From Candidatus Omnitrophota bacterium (lineage in GTDB: Bacteria; Omnitrophota; Gorgyraeia; JABMRN01; RBG-13-46-9): a stretch of 64,000 nt of DNA. Where the stretch lies: assembly GCA_013203315.1 (NCBI GenBank), contig JABMQJ010000001.1, positions 16,382 through 80,381 on the forward strand, in the 5' to 3' direction. Position numbers and translations under genes: made by a program. A model generated the notes under the pieces. It ran no database searches and was not told where the DNA came from. It saw only the letters and a program-made list of their open reading frames with translations. This document shows positions 42,889 through 53,334 of this stretch, in pieces; within the stretch, counting starts at the first letter, position 1; every line of letters begins with the position of its first letter.

Positions 42889-43554
42889 TTAAAACAATAG
42901 TTTTATTTTTGTGCCCAGCACGTTATAGCTTATCCAATGCTTGGACTTCTTGCTGAATTGCCAGAGATAAAATACGTCCAGGCTTAAGTTTTTTATGATT
43001 TTAAAGTTGGCGCCTGCGTAGAGCCTGTTTCTGTTTAGTTCGCCCGCATCGAAATCAACAAATACCTCATCAGCTACATACGGCGTAAATTTAAACTGGT
43101 CTAGTTCCAGCGGATACCCCACCGTAAATTTATTTCTATAGCGCCACTTGGTGTTGGAATTTTCGGGCATTCTCCACTCCAACCTACCACGATTACTCAA
43201 CGAAAAACCATCTGTCTTATGTTTAAGCGTGGCATTAAAGTGCGGCCTGTTTTCATATTCCCAACCGTTACTTCCCTCTTCAAAAGCCAAGCGATAGTTA
43301 ACCCCTACATCGAGCCATTCGGCGAGACCCGCATACGTTACCCCTACATCAGAATGCTGATAATAAAAATCGCTTACGCCGTCTCCGAACCGAAATTCTT
43401 CTTCTACTTTTATTTTCCAGTCCTCATTTATTTTATATGATATATTTTCCGTGTTCCAATACTGAAAATCACCGTCATCAAAAGCAAAACATGCGCCTGA
43501 TAAAAACAATATTACAGTTAAAGCAACAAAGAAAATCTTTCCCCGATTCGACAT
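42889..43554 (-). CDS. outer membrane beta-barrel protein, hypothetical
   Basis: Signal peptide, alternating aromatic strands, C-terminal ...KLLF. Confidence 0.45.
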   Translation of the reverse strand: MSNRGKIFFVALTVILFLSGACFAFDDGDFQYWNTENISYKINEDWKIKVEEEFRFGDGVSDFYYQHSDVGVTYAGLAEWLDVGVNYRLAFEEGSNGWEYENRPHFNATLKHKTDGFSLSNRGRLEWRMPENSNTKWRYRNKFTVGYPLELDQFKFTPYVADEVFVDFDAGELNRNRLYAGANFKIIKNLSLDVFYLWQFSKKSKHWISYNVLGTKIKLLF

Positions 43555-43571
43555 TTTCTCCAGTTTCCTCC

Positions 43572-44789
43572 TTATTTTAGTTCGTATAAAAATACCTTAT
43601 CGTTACGACGGGCCTTGAAGGGTAGCTTTATACCCACCCGGTCGCCTTTTTTCGCGGAATCCACGGGGATTTCGTCTTTGTGCATTTCATCTATTTTCGC
43701 AACTCTGGCGGGGGTGGTTTTTCCGCAAATTAATACGTTCTGGCCTTTCTTGATGCCATTATCTATTACAGATACTCCCGCAACATTCACTTTGTTGTAG
43801 AAATTAATAACCTTTCCCACAAAAAGCTTATTGTAGGCGCTCTGCCCCTTTTTGCTGCCGGTATCATTGGGTTGCGAGAAGAAGAAGCCGTCTGTAAAAC
43901 CCCTGTTATACGTAAGCGAGAGCCTAATTTTAAGCGCTTTTTTACTTTTCGGGTCAAGCTTGCCGGCGAAAAAAGAATCTATCGCTTCCCTGTAAACGGC
44001 AGTAACCTCCCCCACGTATTCGGCCGAACGCATACGGCCTTCTATCTTAAAAGCGCTTATACCGGACTCTATTAGTTTATCAATAAACTCAATAGTGCAC
44101 AAATCCTTTGTGCTCAACACGTAATCGGTACCTAAAACGTAATCGTTTTCTTTATCTCTGGTATCTTTGATTAAAAATGCGCGCCTGCACGGCTGGAGGC
44201 ACATGCCGCGGTTTGCTGATTTTGAAAATGAAGCGTGCGAAAGAAAACATCTGCCGGATATGCTGACGCATAAGGCCCCGTGGATAAAAGTTTCTATTTC
44301 ACAATCCAATTTTTCTTTCTTTACATTTTTAATTATTTCTTTTATATCCGAAAGATTGCACTCCCTGGCAAGAACGATTCTTTTTACGCCTTGGGAATGG
44401 TAAAATTTGAGCGCGGTGAAATTGGCGACACTTGCCTGTGTTGAGAGGTGGGTTTTTAGTTTCAGGTCTTTTGCGTATTGTAGTGCCGCCATGTCCCAGA
44501 GCATGACAGCGTCAACATTGGCTTTCTTGGCATTTTCTAAAATTTTCTTTATCTTTTTCATGTCGCTATTATACATGATGGTATTAAGCGCAAGATAACC
44601 CTTCTTCCCGTTATCGTGAAGACGCGACATTACCTTTTTTATTTCGAGCATATCAAAATTAGCGGCCCAGTGCCGCATGTTTAAATTCTTTATGCCGAAA
44701 TATACGCTATCTGCGCCGGCTTCTATCGCCGTATTTAAAGCGCACCAATCCCCTGCCGGGGATATTAGTTCCGGTTTTTTGTGCTTCAT
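43572..44789 (-). CDS. peptidase U32 family protein
   Basis: ELISPAGDW N-terminus and conserved Cys in the U32 domain; 405 aa. Confidence 0.8.
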   Translation of the reverse strand: MKHKKPELISPAGDWCALNTAIEAGADSVYFGIKNLNMRHWAANFDMLEIKKVMSRLHDNGKKGYLALNTIMYNSDMKKIKKILENAKKANVDAVMLWDMAALQYAKDLKLKTHLSTQASVANFTALKFYHSQGVKRIVLARECNLSDIKEIIKNVKKEKLDCEIETFIHGALCVSISGRCFLSHASFSKSANRGMCLQPCRRAFLIKDTRDKENDYVLGTDYVLSTKDLCTIEFIDKLIESGISAFKIEGRMRSAEYVGEVTAVYREAIDSFFAGKLDPKSKKALKIRLSLTYNRGFTDGFFFSQPNDTGSKKGQSAYNKLFVGKVINFYNKVNVAGVSVIDNGIKKGQNVLICGKTTPARVAKIDEMHKDEIPVDSAKKGDRVGIKLPFKARRNDKVFLYELK

Positions 44790-45514
44790 TACATGGCTCG
44801 GGCGAGGTTATTTAGCTTTTCGCGTATGAGCTCTCTTAGGCGTGCATAGTCTTCGATTTTGTAAGGCGTTGTATCGATCGGCGGCAGAACGGTGAGTTTG
44901 CCGGATACTTTTGTTTTAAAAACCCAGCTACCCTTGGGGATCGCTTCCCTTGTGCCGCCCATAAAAACAGGAAGAATGGGTTTGCCTTCCCTTATGGCTA
45001 GCTTGAAGGCCCCATTCTGGAATTCGTTCATGTCGTCTGTATCACTGCGTGTGCCTTCCGGGAAAAAGAGTACCGACTTACCTTCCCTTAACTTCTGGGC
45101 CGCGGCCCTATACACTTTTTTAATGCTCGCAAAGTCTCCCCTGTTTAGCAAAATATGGTTATTGACCCTGAGAAGGCCTCCGATAAACGGAACCTTAAGG
45201 AGGTTTTTTTTGGCCACCCATTTGAATTGCGTGCGTATTTTGTATATTAGGACAATATCGGCAAGACTCTGGTGATTGGCAACTATGACATATGTTTTTT
45301 TGTGGTCAATATTCTCTAATCCGCTTACCTCCAGATTCCAATAAGGATTTAAGGATACCAAGGCATCCGACCACCAGAAGCACTGCGCGTGGACTATTTT
45401 TTCTCGCTTGTCAGGCGGAAAAGGCATCTTCGACAGGACCCGGCTCACAAAAATCACAGTCGCGGTAAGGATAGTGCCCACGACCCATATCACGATTGAT
45501 ATTATAAATCTCAT
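44789..45514 (-). CDS. plsC: 1-acyl-sn-glycerol-3-phosphate acyltransferase
   Basis: HQSLADIVL (HX4D) and FPEGTRS acyltransferase motifs. Confidence 0.8.
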   Translation of the reverse strand: MRFIISIVIWVVGTILTATVIFVSRVLSKMPFPPDKREKIVHAQCFWWSDALVSLNPYWNLEVSGLENIDHKKTYVIVANHQSLADIVLIYKIRTQFKWVAKKNLLKVPFIGGLLRVNNHILLNRGDFASIKKVYRAAAQKLREGKSVLFFPEGTRSDTDDMNEFQNGAFKLAIREGKPILPVFMGGTREAIPKGSWVFKTKVSGKLTVLPPIDTTPYKIEDYARLRELIREKLNNLARAM

Positions 45515-45517
45515 AGG

Positions 45518-45982
45518 TTATCTTGATATCTTCAATATCTTATATTTCAGGGTCCCAGCGGGAACCTGAATTTCAACGATTTCCTTTACCTTGTGGCCCA
45601 ATAGGCCCTTACCTACCGGGGAAGTTACGGAAATCTTGTTTTGCGCGAAATCTGCCTCTAATTCGGCTACCAGCATATATTCAAGTTCTTCCCCCGAATC
45701 CATATCTTTTAGTTTAACTGTTGCGCCGATAAGCGCCTCGTCTTTGGCAATTTTTGTATCATCGAGTATTTGCGAGCTGGCTAATTTCCCTTCTAATTCG
45801 GCGATTCTTTTCTCATTCATCCCCTGCGCGTCTTTGGCCGCGTCATATTCGGCGTTTTCGCTTATATCTCCGTGCGCGCGCGCCTCCCCTATCGCCTTGG
45901 ACAACTTTCGGCGCTTGGTTGTTTTCAGGGTCTCGAGTTTCTTTCTAAGCTTCTCATATCCTTCGGGCGTTAAATAAGACAT
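45518..45982 (-). CDS. greA: transcription elongation factor GreA
   Basis: N-terminal coiled coil plus an FKBP-like C-domain; 154 aa. Confidence 0.9.
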   Translation of the reverse strand: MSYLTPEGYEKLRKKLETLKTTKRRKLSKAIGEARAHGDISENAEYDAAKDAQGMNEKRIAELEGKLASSQILDDTKIAKDEALIGATVKLKDMDSGEELEYMLVAELEADFAQNKISVTSPVGKGLLGHKVKEIVEIQVPAGTLKYKILKISR

Positions 45983-45995
45983 TTTTTCTCCCTTT

Positions 45996-46343
45996 TTATT
46001 TTTTTATAAACGCAATTTTTACGGTAGTATGGGTGTCATCCTGCCAGGGCCAAAACATCGCTATTATAGTACCGTCTTCAAACTCTTTCTTAAAAAGTGT
46101 CTGATTATCAAAAACACCGCCACACTCTTGTGTAATGCGCACGTCTTCTTTTGTGGGTTTTACCTTTGCGGGTTTTGTCGCAGGCCCCAAAATACCGGTA
46201 AGCATCTTTTCCCATTTATTTATTTCATCGGTAGCTACGACATATTCGCAATATTCGTCGTTTACTGTGCGTTTTTCGAAAATATCAAGCGTCTTAGATT
46301 TTTCAATGATTTCTTTTAGCATGTTATCCGCTTTTTCTGCCAT
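45996..46343 (-). CDS. hypothetical protein
   Basis: 115 aa; no recognisable motif. Confidence 0.3.
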   Translation of the reverse strand: MAEKADNMLKEIIEKSKTLDIFEKRTVNDEYCEYVVATDEINKWEKMLTGILGPATKPAKVKPTKEDVRITQECGGVFDNQTLFKKEFEDGTIIAMFWPWQDDTHTTVKIAFIKK

Positions 46344-46361
46344 ATAAAGCGCTCCTCTTGT

Positions 46362-46781
46362 TTACTCGCCGATCAGCTTAACGAGGATGCGTTTCCGGCG
46401 GCGTCCGTCAAATTCACCGTAGAAGATCTGCTCCCACGGCCCGAAATCAAATTTACCTTTAGTAACAGCGACGACTACCTCGCGCCCCATTATGGTTCTT
46501 TTAAGATGCGCGTCGGCGTTGTCTTCGCCGGTAAGATTATGCTTATATTGCGAGATAGGCGCGTGTGGGGCAAGTTTTTCGAGCCACTTTTCAAAATCTG
46601 CGTGAAGGCCTTTTTCGTCATCGTTTATAAAAACGCTCGCTGTTATGTGCATTGTGTTTACAAGGCACAGGCCTTCTTTTATGCCACTTTTTCGTAGGAT
46701 CTCTTCAGCCTCGGGGGTTATGTTTATAAACTCTCTCTCGTTTTTCGTATTAACCCAAAGGTATTCGGTATGTGTCTTCAT
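46362..46781 (-). CDS. yjbQ: YjbQ-family (UPF0047) secondary thiamine-phosphate synthase-like protein
   Basis: 139 aa, YjbQ fold pattern ([11 protein letters not shown]...HLKR). The TATAAT box is only about 8 nt upstream of the ATG, so the mRNA may be leaderless. Confidence 0.75.
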   Translation of the reverse strand: MKTHTEYLWVNTKNEREFINITPEAEEILRKSGIKEGLCLVNTMHITASVFINDDEKGLHADFEKWLEKLAPHAPISQYKHNLTGEDNADAHLKRTIMGREVVVAVTKGKFDFGPWEQIFYGEFDGRRRKRILVKLIGE

Positions 46782-46814
46782 GTATACTAATTATACCCCT
46801 AAAAATAAATAGCC

Positions 46815-47624
46815 TCAAGATTTATCTAAGGTTTCGTCGAACCAATCGAGTATTAACTTTCTTAGCTTATCGGGATAGAATTGAACAAGCCTTTCCGCAT
46901 GAAGGCCGTTTTCTATTATTTCTATTTTTTTGTAAGTCGGCGCCGCATTGTAAAGCGTTTCGGAATGATAGTCTTTAATAATCCAGTCTTTGTCCCCGTG
47001 TATGAAAAACATCGGCGTACGCTTTACTAAGGTTATCGTATCAATGGGTTTTTTCTTCGGAAGAAAAATGTGATCAACCCTTGCGCCCTTTCCTTCCCAT
47101 TTACAATCGATATTGTCTTTTAAATCTGATAGCATCCCGGGTTCCCAGAAGTGAAAGTTCACACCCTTAAAACTCGAGGGACAACTTATCAGTATCATGC
47201 TATCCACGTCATCTCTTTCGGAGACAGCGTTTATTGAGGAAGCGGCGCCCAATGAAAAGGCTAATATGCCTATTTTTTTGTATCCTTCAAGTTTTGCGTA
47301 ATCCAATATAGCGTTAATATCCAAATGTTCCCGGGCCCCCCACGAGTATTTTCCCGTGCTCTTTCCGTGCCCCCTTAAATCAAATATTATGACATCGTGT
47401 TCGGACAAGAGTAAATCGACGGTCTTCCGCATCCATCGATTTTCCATGCTGTTATAGAACCCCGGGCATACTACAATTACAGAGTCGAATTCATTTTTGT
47501 ACTGCTCGTAAGCAATTGTAATATTATCTTCCGTATAAAGCGTGCCGCTTGTGCAGTTCGGGTTACTCTCCGCATACGCACTTAAAGATAACGTTACTAT
47601 TGCAAGTATAATTATTATCCGCAT
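46815..47624 (-). CDS. secreted alpha/beta hydrolase
   Basis: Signal peptide; GxSxG motif (AFSLGA); HGDKD region. Confidence 0.6.
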   Translation of the reverse strand: MRIIIILAIVTLSLSAYAESNPNCTSGTLYTEDNITIAYEQYKNEFDSVIVVCPGFYNSMENRWMRKTVDLLLSEHDVIIFDLRGHGKSTGKYSWGAREHLDINAILDYAKLEGYKKIGILAFSLGAASSINAVSERDDVDSMILISCPSSFKGVNFHFWEPGMLSDLKDNIDCKWEGKGARVDHIFLPKKKPIDTITLVKRTPMFFIHGDKDWIIKDYHSETLYNAAPTYKKIEIIENGLHAERLVQFYPDKLRKLILDWFDETLDKS

Positions 47625-47639
47625 CGCTACTCTTGGTTA

Positions 47640-48632
47640 TTAAACCCTTAACGCGTTTAGTTCTTCTTCACCCATGGGTAAGACTTCGGGGTGGCCGGTA
47701 CTTTTCTCTTTGCAGGTAATTTTTAATGGTTGGTTCGGCTCCCCGTCGCTATACCTTGCGACTATACGCCCGGCCTTTAGAATAGAATCTTCGTCAAAAG
47801 CGCCTCTCCCGATGCCGGTCGGGCCGGTTGTATCTAGAGGATAAAAATGAAAATCGTTTTCCTTGGAGAGGCTTGATAGTTTCTTGTTTTCTTCATCGTT
47901 TCTGCCTACAATTAATTTGGCTTTTGTGTTTAGGCGAAAGTGCCTGCCGACTTTGAGAAGCTGCACGTCATTTATAGTGATATCGGGTTTATGTTTTAGC
48001 AAATCACGCATTCTCCTGGCAAAACCCGGATCCGTTAAAAGACATCCGCCCGCGGGACAAGGATAGTCATTGATGCCAAAGTCTTTGGCGAGTTGTATTT
48101 GCGGTTTTCTTGAGCGTCCGCTTATGGATAGGAACTTTTCCCTGTCAACCAGGCCTTCTTTTTCCGGGATGCTGGGCTCCATGAGCTTGGACGAAAGCGG
48201 CCTTACGATGAATCCCTTTAATCCGCTCTCGTTCTCTATGGTTCGCATGGCGTCTTTTCTCTGCGACATCGGGCGTTCTCCCAATACCTCTCCGGTGAAA
48301 ATAAAAGAAGCGCCCGTTTGCTTCATGTACTCACCTGCTTTTCTAAATATGAATATGCGGCAGTCAAGGCACGGATTCATGTTGCTGCCGTAGCCGTGCT
48401 TGGGATTTTTGACTATCTCCAAATATTCTTTGGTTATTTCGAAGACCTTAAGAGGAACACCGAGGGTATCAGCTGCTGATTTGCTGGCAAGGCATGTTTT
48501 TCCGTGGGCAGTACAGTTGCAGAATACGGTTAAAAAGTTAAGCGCTTCTACTTCTATGCCCTGTTCCAGCATAAGCTTCGTAGCTAATATGCTGTCTAAT
48601 CCCCCGGAAAGTAATGCTATTGCTTTAGTCAT
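47640..48632 (-). CDS. PP-loop ATPase (ThiI/TtuA-like sulfurtransferase candidate)
   Basis: SGGLDS PP-loop plus two Cys pairs (CNC...C and CLDC). Sits at the end of a thiazole / sulfur-carrier cluster. Confidence 0.5.
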   Translation of the reverse strand: MTKAIALLSGGLDSILATKLMLEQGIEVEALNFLTVFCNCTAHGKTCLASKSAADTLGVPLKVFEITKEYLEIVKNPKHGYGSNMNPCLDCRIFIFRKAGEYMKQTGASFIFTGEVLGERPMSQRKDAMRTIENESGLKGFIVRPLSSKLMEPSIPEKEGLVDREKFLSISGRSRKPQIQLAKDFGINDYPCPAGGCLLTDPGFARRMRDLLKHKPDITINDVQLLKVGRHFRLNTKAKLIVGRNDEENKKLSSLSKENDFHFYPLDTTGPTGIGRGAFDEDSILKAGRIVARYSDGEPNQPLKITCKEKSTGHPEVLPMGEEELNALRV

Positions 48633-48659
48633 TTAAAAAAAGTAACAGCGACTATCCTT

Positions 48660-48700
48660 CATTAATAGAAAAATAGTCGCTGCTCCTTCGTATCTTGTTT
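48660..48700 (-). terminator. candidate terminator after thi4
   Basis: AGCGACTA...TAGTCGCT 8-bp stem, followed on the minus strand by GTTACTTTTTTT. Confidence 0.4.
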
Positions 48701-48706
48701 ATAAGG

Positions 48707-49531
48707 TTACGCTACTGCTGCTTCCAGTTTGGTAGCTGCCGGTTGCGGTTTGGTGCCGTCTTTTGAAAGCATTTTCATCGCTACCTCAGCCGCTTTTTTA
48801 CCGGAAAGGAGCATTCCGCCAAAAGTCGGGCCCATGCGCGGAATTCCGTAAGCAGTGGAAACTGCCATGCCTGCTACGATAAGACCCGGAAAAATCTCGC
48901 CTGTTCTTTTCACTACTAAGTCTTCTGAAGTGTCTGCGTCCATCGGACCGAAAGTGGCCAACTTCAGCATGTGTCTTTTCTCAAGGCTTCTGCATACACA
49001 GGCGTCGTGCCCCGTAGCGTCAATTACAACCTTGGACTCCATGGAAATAGGATCAACGCAGGTGATTTGTCTTGGTAGGGCCGCTACAGGTGTCCAGTTG
49101 ATAACCGCGCCCTCTACTCTTTTGTTGCGATATACAACGTCGTCAAACCTTGTCATGTTCAAGATCTTTACGCCGGCGTCGCATGCTGACGCTATGAGTT
49201 TTGAGCAGGCGTGCGGGCCATCGGCAACTAATAAGCCGTCTTCTCTTTCCCTGTAGGGGATACCGATCTCGTCTAAAACAGTTTCTGCGGGGGATCTAAA
49301 GGTTATCGTGTTCATCAGATAACCACCTATCCAGAAACCGCCGCCGATATAATTGTTGGCCTCTACTATGAGGGTCTTAACACCCTGTCTCGAAAGGTCC
49401 CTTCCGGCTACAAGGCCACTTGGGCCTCCACCAACTATGATTACGTCGGAAATTATGTAGTCCTCGAACCATTTCGTGAATTCACTTACGATTGCTTTAC
49501 TTATTTGCGCTTCACTTACTTTTTTAAACAT
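48707..49531 (-). CDS. thi4: thiazole biosynthesis enzyme Thi4 family
   Basis: Motif DVIIVGGGPSGL and conserved Thi4 regions; 274 aa. Promoter TTGACA-17-TGTAAT at ~49540-49575. Confidence 0.8.
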   Translation of the reverse strand: MFKKVSEAQISKAIVSEFTKWFEDYIISDVIIVGGGPSGLVAGRDLSRQGVKTLIVEANNYIGGGFWIGGYLMNTITFRSPAETVLDEIGIPYREREDGLLVADGPHACSKLIASACDAGVKILNMTRFDDVVYRNKRVEGAVINWTPVAALPRQITCVDPISMESKVVIDATGHDACVCRSLEKRHMLKLATFGPMDADTSEDLVVKRTGEIFPGLIVAGMAVSTAYGIPRMGPTFGGMLLSGKKAAEVAMKMLSKDGTKPQPAATKLEAAVA

Positions 49532-49615
49532 ACGTACCTCCTTTTTATTATATTACACCACAGACGTGTTTACATGTCAATGATATTTCTAGAGATCCGG
49601 TTCTATTTTTTTGTA

Positions 49616-49855
49616 TTACTCTACTATGTCTCCCAGGAGCGACTCAACCTTTATGCCTTGCCCGGTAAGATACTTGATGCCTTTTTCGAGATTTTCCTTC
49701 GTGCCCTCCAATTCGAGCGTTACCTCACCTACTGTTTCGGTTACCTTTGCCCTCCTGATGTTGGGAATTACATCGTATTTTTTGGCCATTGTAAAAATAG
49801 CAGGCTCTTTAATGAGTTTCTGCGGGAATATTAAATGCACCATTTTCTTTGGCAT
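49616..49855 (-). CDS. NIL-domain (ferredoxin-like fold) small protein
   Basis: 79 aa; resembles the C-terminal NIL domain of MetN. Confidence 0.45.
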   Translation of the reverse strand: MPKKMVHLIFPQKLIKEPAIFTMAKKYDVIPNIRRAKVTETVGEVTLELEGTKENLEKGIKYLTGQGIKVESLLGDIVE

Positions 49856-49857
49856 AA

Positions 49858-50673
49858 TTACTCCTCCTTTTTCTTTTTTATACTGCAGAACTGTTCATAA
49901 TCTATTAGCTTAGTTACCGTAGGTTTTTCGCCGCAAATCGGGCACTTTGGGTCTTTTGGGACCTTTACCTGGCGAAAGCTGGAGTCCAGCGCATTAAACA
50001 CAAGGAGTTTTCCGGCTAAAAGATCACCTATGTTTAAAATGTATTTAAGGACCTCGTTTGCCTGGATTACACCGATTGCACCTGCAACTGCGCCGAGGAT
50101 CCCTGCTTCCTGACAGCTTGGCACAAACCCCGGAGGCGGCGGTTCGGGAAATAGGCATCTGTAGCATGCGCTTTTGCCCGGTAAAATTGTTATCGCCTGG
50201 CCGTCAAACCTGAATATTCCTCCGTGGGAGAGTGGTTTCTTTTCCAGAACGCATGCATCGTTTACCAAATATCGCGTAGGAAAATTGTCCGATCCGTCTA
50301 CAACGATGTCGTATTCTTTTATAACATCGGTTATATTCTTTGACGTGAGACGCATGTTTAACGCTTTTACTTTGACATCCGGATTTATGGCGTTTAATCT
50401 TTGTTTGGCAGATTCAACTTTTGCGACACCTACGGTATTCGTATCGTGCACAATTTGTCTCTGCAAATTGTTGAGCTCTACTTTATCCGAATCTACGATA
50501 CCGATCGTGCCGATACCGGCTGAGGCCAGATATAAAGCGCATGGCGAGCCTAAGCCACCTGCGCCTATTATGAGAACTTTGCCTCCGAGAAGTTTTTCCT
50601 GGCCCTTTCCGCCGACTCTAGGCAATATAATTTGCCTTGAATAACGTTCTATCTGATCTTCTTTTAGGCTCAT
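49858..50673 (-). CDS. ThiF/MoeB-type E1-like sulfur-carrier adenylyltransferase
   Basis: Motif GAGGLGSP and two C-terminal CxxC pairs (CYRC...CPIC). Confidence 0.85.
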   Translation of the reverse strand: MSLKEDQIERYSRQIILPRVGGKGQEKLLGGKVLIIGAGGLGSPCALYLASAGIGTIGIVDSDKVELNNLQRQIVHDTNTVGVAKVESAKQRLNAINPDVKVKALNMRLTSKNITDVIKEYDIVVDGSDNFPTRYLVNDACVLEKKPLSHGGIFRFDGQAITILPGKSACYRCLFPEPPPPGFVPSCQEAGILGAVAGAIGVIQANEVLKYILNIGDLLAGKLLVFNALDSSFRQVKVPKDPKCPICGEKPTVTKLIDYEQFCSIKKKKEE

Positions 50674-50951
50674 CGACTTCCACCTGCTATTGCCGGAATT
50701 ATCGAAACTTCGTCCCCGTCTTTTAAGGGTGTGGCGTCCTGTTTTAAGAAACGCACATCCTCCTCATTTACGTAGATATTTATAAATCTGCGAACCTTAC
50801 CTTGGTCGTCACAGATCCTCTCTTTTATCCCGGGAAAATCTTTTTCCAGGTTCTCGATTAACTCCCCTACATTTTTACCGTTTACCTCTACTTCGGCCCT
50901 GTTGCCGGTAAGTTTTTGTAACGGTGTCGGAACTCTTACTTTTACTGCCAT
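50670..50951 (-). CDS. ThiS/MoaD-like sulfur carrier protein with C-terminal GG-SR extension
   Basis: 93 aa beta-grasp ending ...[10 protein letters not shown]. Start taken as MAVKV; its ATG overlaps the ThrC-like stop. Confidence 0.6.
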   Translation of the reverse strand: MAVKVRVPTPLQKLTGNRAEVEVNGKNVGELIENLEKDFPGIKERICDDQGKVRRFINIYVNEEDVRFLKQDATPLKDGDEVSIIPAIAGGSR

Positions 50952-50952
50952 C

Positions 50953-52188
50953 TTAAACCCCCAGTCGTTTATTTTTAGCTTTTTCAAACGCTTCCAAACT
51001 CGGTTTTATCTTGAGCGGTTTTCCTATTTTTTCCGCAACAGCTTCCTGAGTTTTTAAACCATTGCCTGTTATACACACGACAATTGATTCATTCTTCGGA
51101 ATTTTTCCCTGTTCTATCAGTTTCTTTGTAACGCCAAGCGTTACGCCTCCTGCGGTTTCGGTAAATACGCCTTCGGTCTTGGCCAAAAGCTTAATCGCTT
51201 CTACTATTTCCTCGTCCGATACGTCTTCCGCAAAACCACCCGATTCCTTTACAGTTCCGACAGCATATATGCCGTCAGCAGGATTCCCGATGGCTAAAGA
51301 CTTCGCAATGGTATTTGGCTTAATAGGCTTTATGATATCCGAACCTTCTTTTATCGCGGTAACTATCGGCGCGCATCCTGTGGCCTGGGCAGCATAAATT
51401 TTTGTGTCGACTTTATCAATCAGCCCCAGTTTCTTAAATTCGTGCAAGCCCTTCCATATTTTCGTGATAAGTGAGCCGCCCGCGCAAGGAACTACGATGT
51501 GCTTGGGCGCTTTCCATCCCAGCTGTTCGGCAATTTCATATCCGTATGTTTTCGACCCTTCGGCGTAATACGGCCTTATGTTTATGTTAACAAAGGCCCA
51601 TTTATATTTTGCTGCGACTTCCGAACAAAGCCTGTTAACCTGGTCATAATTCCCTTCGACAGCCACCAAATTTGGATCATATATAAGTGTCCCTATAACC
51701 TTTCCTTTTTCAAGGTCAGCGGGTATAAATATATATCTTTCCAGGTTAGCTATGGCGGACTGCGCTGCTACTGAATTCGCAAGATTACCCGTCGAAGCGC
51801 ATGCAACAGTTTTGAAACCGAATTCCTTCGCCTTTGATAGCGCTACCGCGACCACTCTATCTTTGAAGGAAAGTGTCGGGTGGTTTACAGAGTCGTCTTT
51901 TATGTAGAGTTCTTTCACGCCCAGCACCTTTTCAAGATTCCTGGCTCTTATTAAAGGTGTGTATCCTGAATTTAGACCGTCTGTAGGGTCTTTGTCTATG
52001 GGCATAAGTTCTCTATAACGCCATAGGTTCTTGGGTCTTGACTCTATTTCCTTCCTGGTCAATATCTTCTTTATCCATTCGTAATCATAGTCCACCTCTA
52101 GCGGCCCGAAACAGTATTCGCATACATATATGGGGTCCTTCGGATAAGCCCTGCCGCATTCCCTGCACTTTAATCCTTTTACATAACT
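50953..52188 (-). CDS. threonine-synthase-like PLP enzyme (ThrC family) with N-terminal zinc ribbon
   Basis: N-terminal CRECG...CEYC zinc ribbon plus a PLP fold II domain (SFKDR). Sits immediately upstream of the sulfur carrier; candidate MetM-like homocysteine synthase. Confidence 0.65.
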   Translation of the reverse strand, partial: SYVKGLKCRECGRAYPKDPIYVCEYCFGPLEVDYDYEWIKKILTRKEIESRPKNLWRYRELMPIDKDPTDGLNSGYTPLIRARNLEKVLGVKELYIKDDSVNHPTLSFKDRVVAVALSKAKEFGFKTVACASTGNLANSVAAQSAIANLERYIFIPADLEKGKVIGTLIYDPNLVAVEGNYDQVNRLCSEVAAKYKWAFVNINIRPYYAEGSKTYGYEIAEQLGWKAPKHIVVPCAGGSLITKIWKGLHEFKKLGLIDKVDTKIYAAQATGCAPIVTAIKEGSDIIKPIKPNTIAKSLAIGNPADGIYAVGTVKESGGFAEDVSDEEIVEAIKLLAKTEGVFTETAGGVTLGVTKKLIEQGKIPKNESIVVCITGNGLKTQEAVAEKIGKPLKIKPSLEAFEKAKNKRLGV

Positions 52189-52195
52189 CATTTTG

Positions 52196-52435
52196 TCACC
52201 TCGATTTCCTGACAATAAGATTCCAATACCCGTTTTTTTCTTCAACTTTTAAAATTTCGTGCCCTTCTTCCTTAGTGCTGGCCGTAACGTTCTTAATCGG
52301 CTCACCGTCGTCAAGGAGAACCTCCAGTATCTTGCCCGCTTGCATCGATTCAAGTTTTAATTTCGTTTTTACAAAATTCATCGGGCAAGGAACGCCCTTT
52401 AAGTCTAATATCTGATCTATTTTTATATCACTCAT
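52196..52435 (-). CDS. TusA/SirA-like sulfurtransferase
   Basis: 79 aa two-layered alpha/beta fold with Cys in GVPCPMNFV. Confidence 0.6.
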   Translation of the reverse strand: MSDIKIDQILDLKGVPCPMNFVKTKLKLESMQAGKILEVLLDDGEPIKNVTASTKEEGHEILKVEEKNGYWNLIVRKSR

Positions 52436-53322
52436 AAAATCTTGTCCTTTGCTTTCTTAAGCCCTGTCCTGTCCAGCGCTTCTCCAAATCGCTCACCCTT
52501 GTTTGCTATTTCTTTATAGTACTCGACTGATTTTTCTATGATTTTGGGGATCTTTTTTTCCTCTACAAACTCTGCTATTTCAGTTCCGAATCGAGGAAAA
52601 CGTCCCACCTTACCGCCTATGTAAACCTTAAAACCGACTTTCTTTGTTTTCCAGGCGCTTACCGGGCATACCCTCACACAATCCCCTTCGAAGTAACAAT
52701 TTTCTTTTCTGTACACGGGTTTTTTGTCTTTATCCATTACAATAGCCGGTTGCCCTTTTCCCCTTGCGCAGACTTTTTCACAAACCTTTGCGCAAAGCGT
52801 ACAGTGTATGCACGCATCAAGATCTACTTCGGGTTCGCCCTGCGCCTGGAATCCCAAATCGTTCTCCTGCGGCTTGGCGCAAGAATTCATGCAGCCTGTA
52901 ATTGCTACTTTGAATTTTTTGGGAACCTCTTTGCCAAACGCGACTTTATCAAGTTTCATAGCCAACTTTTCAGCATCAACAAAACCAAATCTACATACGC
53001 TCGACCCCGGACAGGCAATGAGGTTTCTGGATCTCGGGCCGCATGCGCCTTTTAATATTCCGAACTTCTTCATATCTTTGAGTAAACTATTTATATTTTT
53101 TATGTGTATCCACGGAATTTCTATCCCCTGCCGGGTCGAGACGTGGACATAATCTTTGCCGTATTTTTTGGCAAGTATGGCGTATTTTTTTAGTTTTTCC
53201 GCTTTTAAATGCCCGCCGGGAATTCTTGTACGCAGGATAAAATAATCCTTTTGTATTTGTTTCAAGACCCCGCCGGTTCTCAGATCCAAAAGTTCTGTTT
53301 CATTGTATTTTTTTAATGCCAT
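52432..53322 (-). CDS. small nitrite/sulfite reductase-like protein (siroheme/4Fe-4S domain plus ferredoxin motif)
   Basis: CPGSSVCRFG...TGCMNSC siroheme-[4Fe-4S] Cys motif, plus CIHCTLCAKVC. Confidence 0.6.
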   Translation of the reverse strand: MALKKYNETELLDLRTGGVLKQIQKDYFILRTRIPGGHLKAEKLKKYAILAKKYGKDYVHVSTRQGIEIPWIHIKNINSLLKDMKKFGILKGACGPRSRNLIACPGSSVCRFGFVDAEKLAMKLDKVAFGKEVPKKFKVAITGCMNSCAKPQENDLGFQAQGEPEVDLDACIHCTLCAKVCEKVCARGKGQPAIVMDKDKKPVYRKENCYFEGDCVRVCPVSAWKTKKVGFKVYIGGKVGRFPRFGTEIAEFVEEKKIPKIIEKSVEYYKEIANKGERFGEALDRTGLKKAKDKIL

Positions 53323-53334
53323 CTCTTTGTCTCC

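Noticed and set aside
49531-49620. TPP riboswitch upstream of thi4
   Set aside because: The intergenic region is only ~85 nt, holds a clear TTGACA-17-TGTAAT promoter plus SD, and lacks the conserved CTGAGA / GGGG...ACCTGATC THI-box elements.
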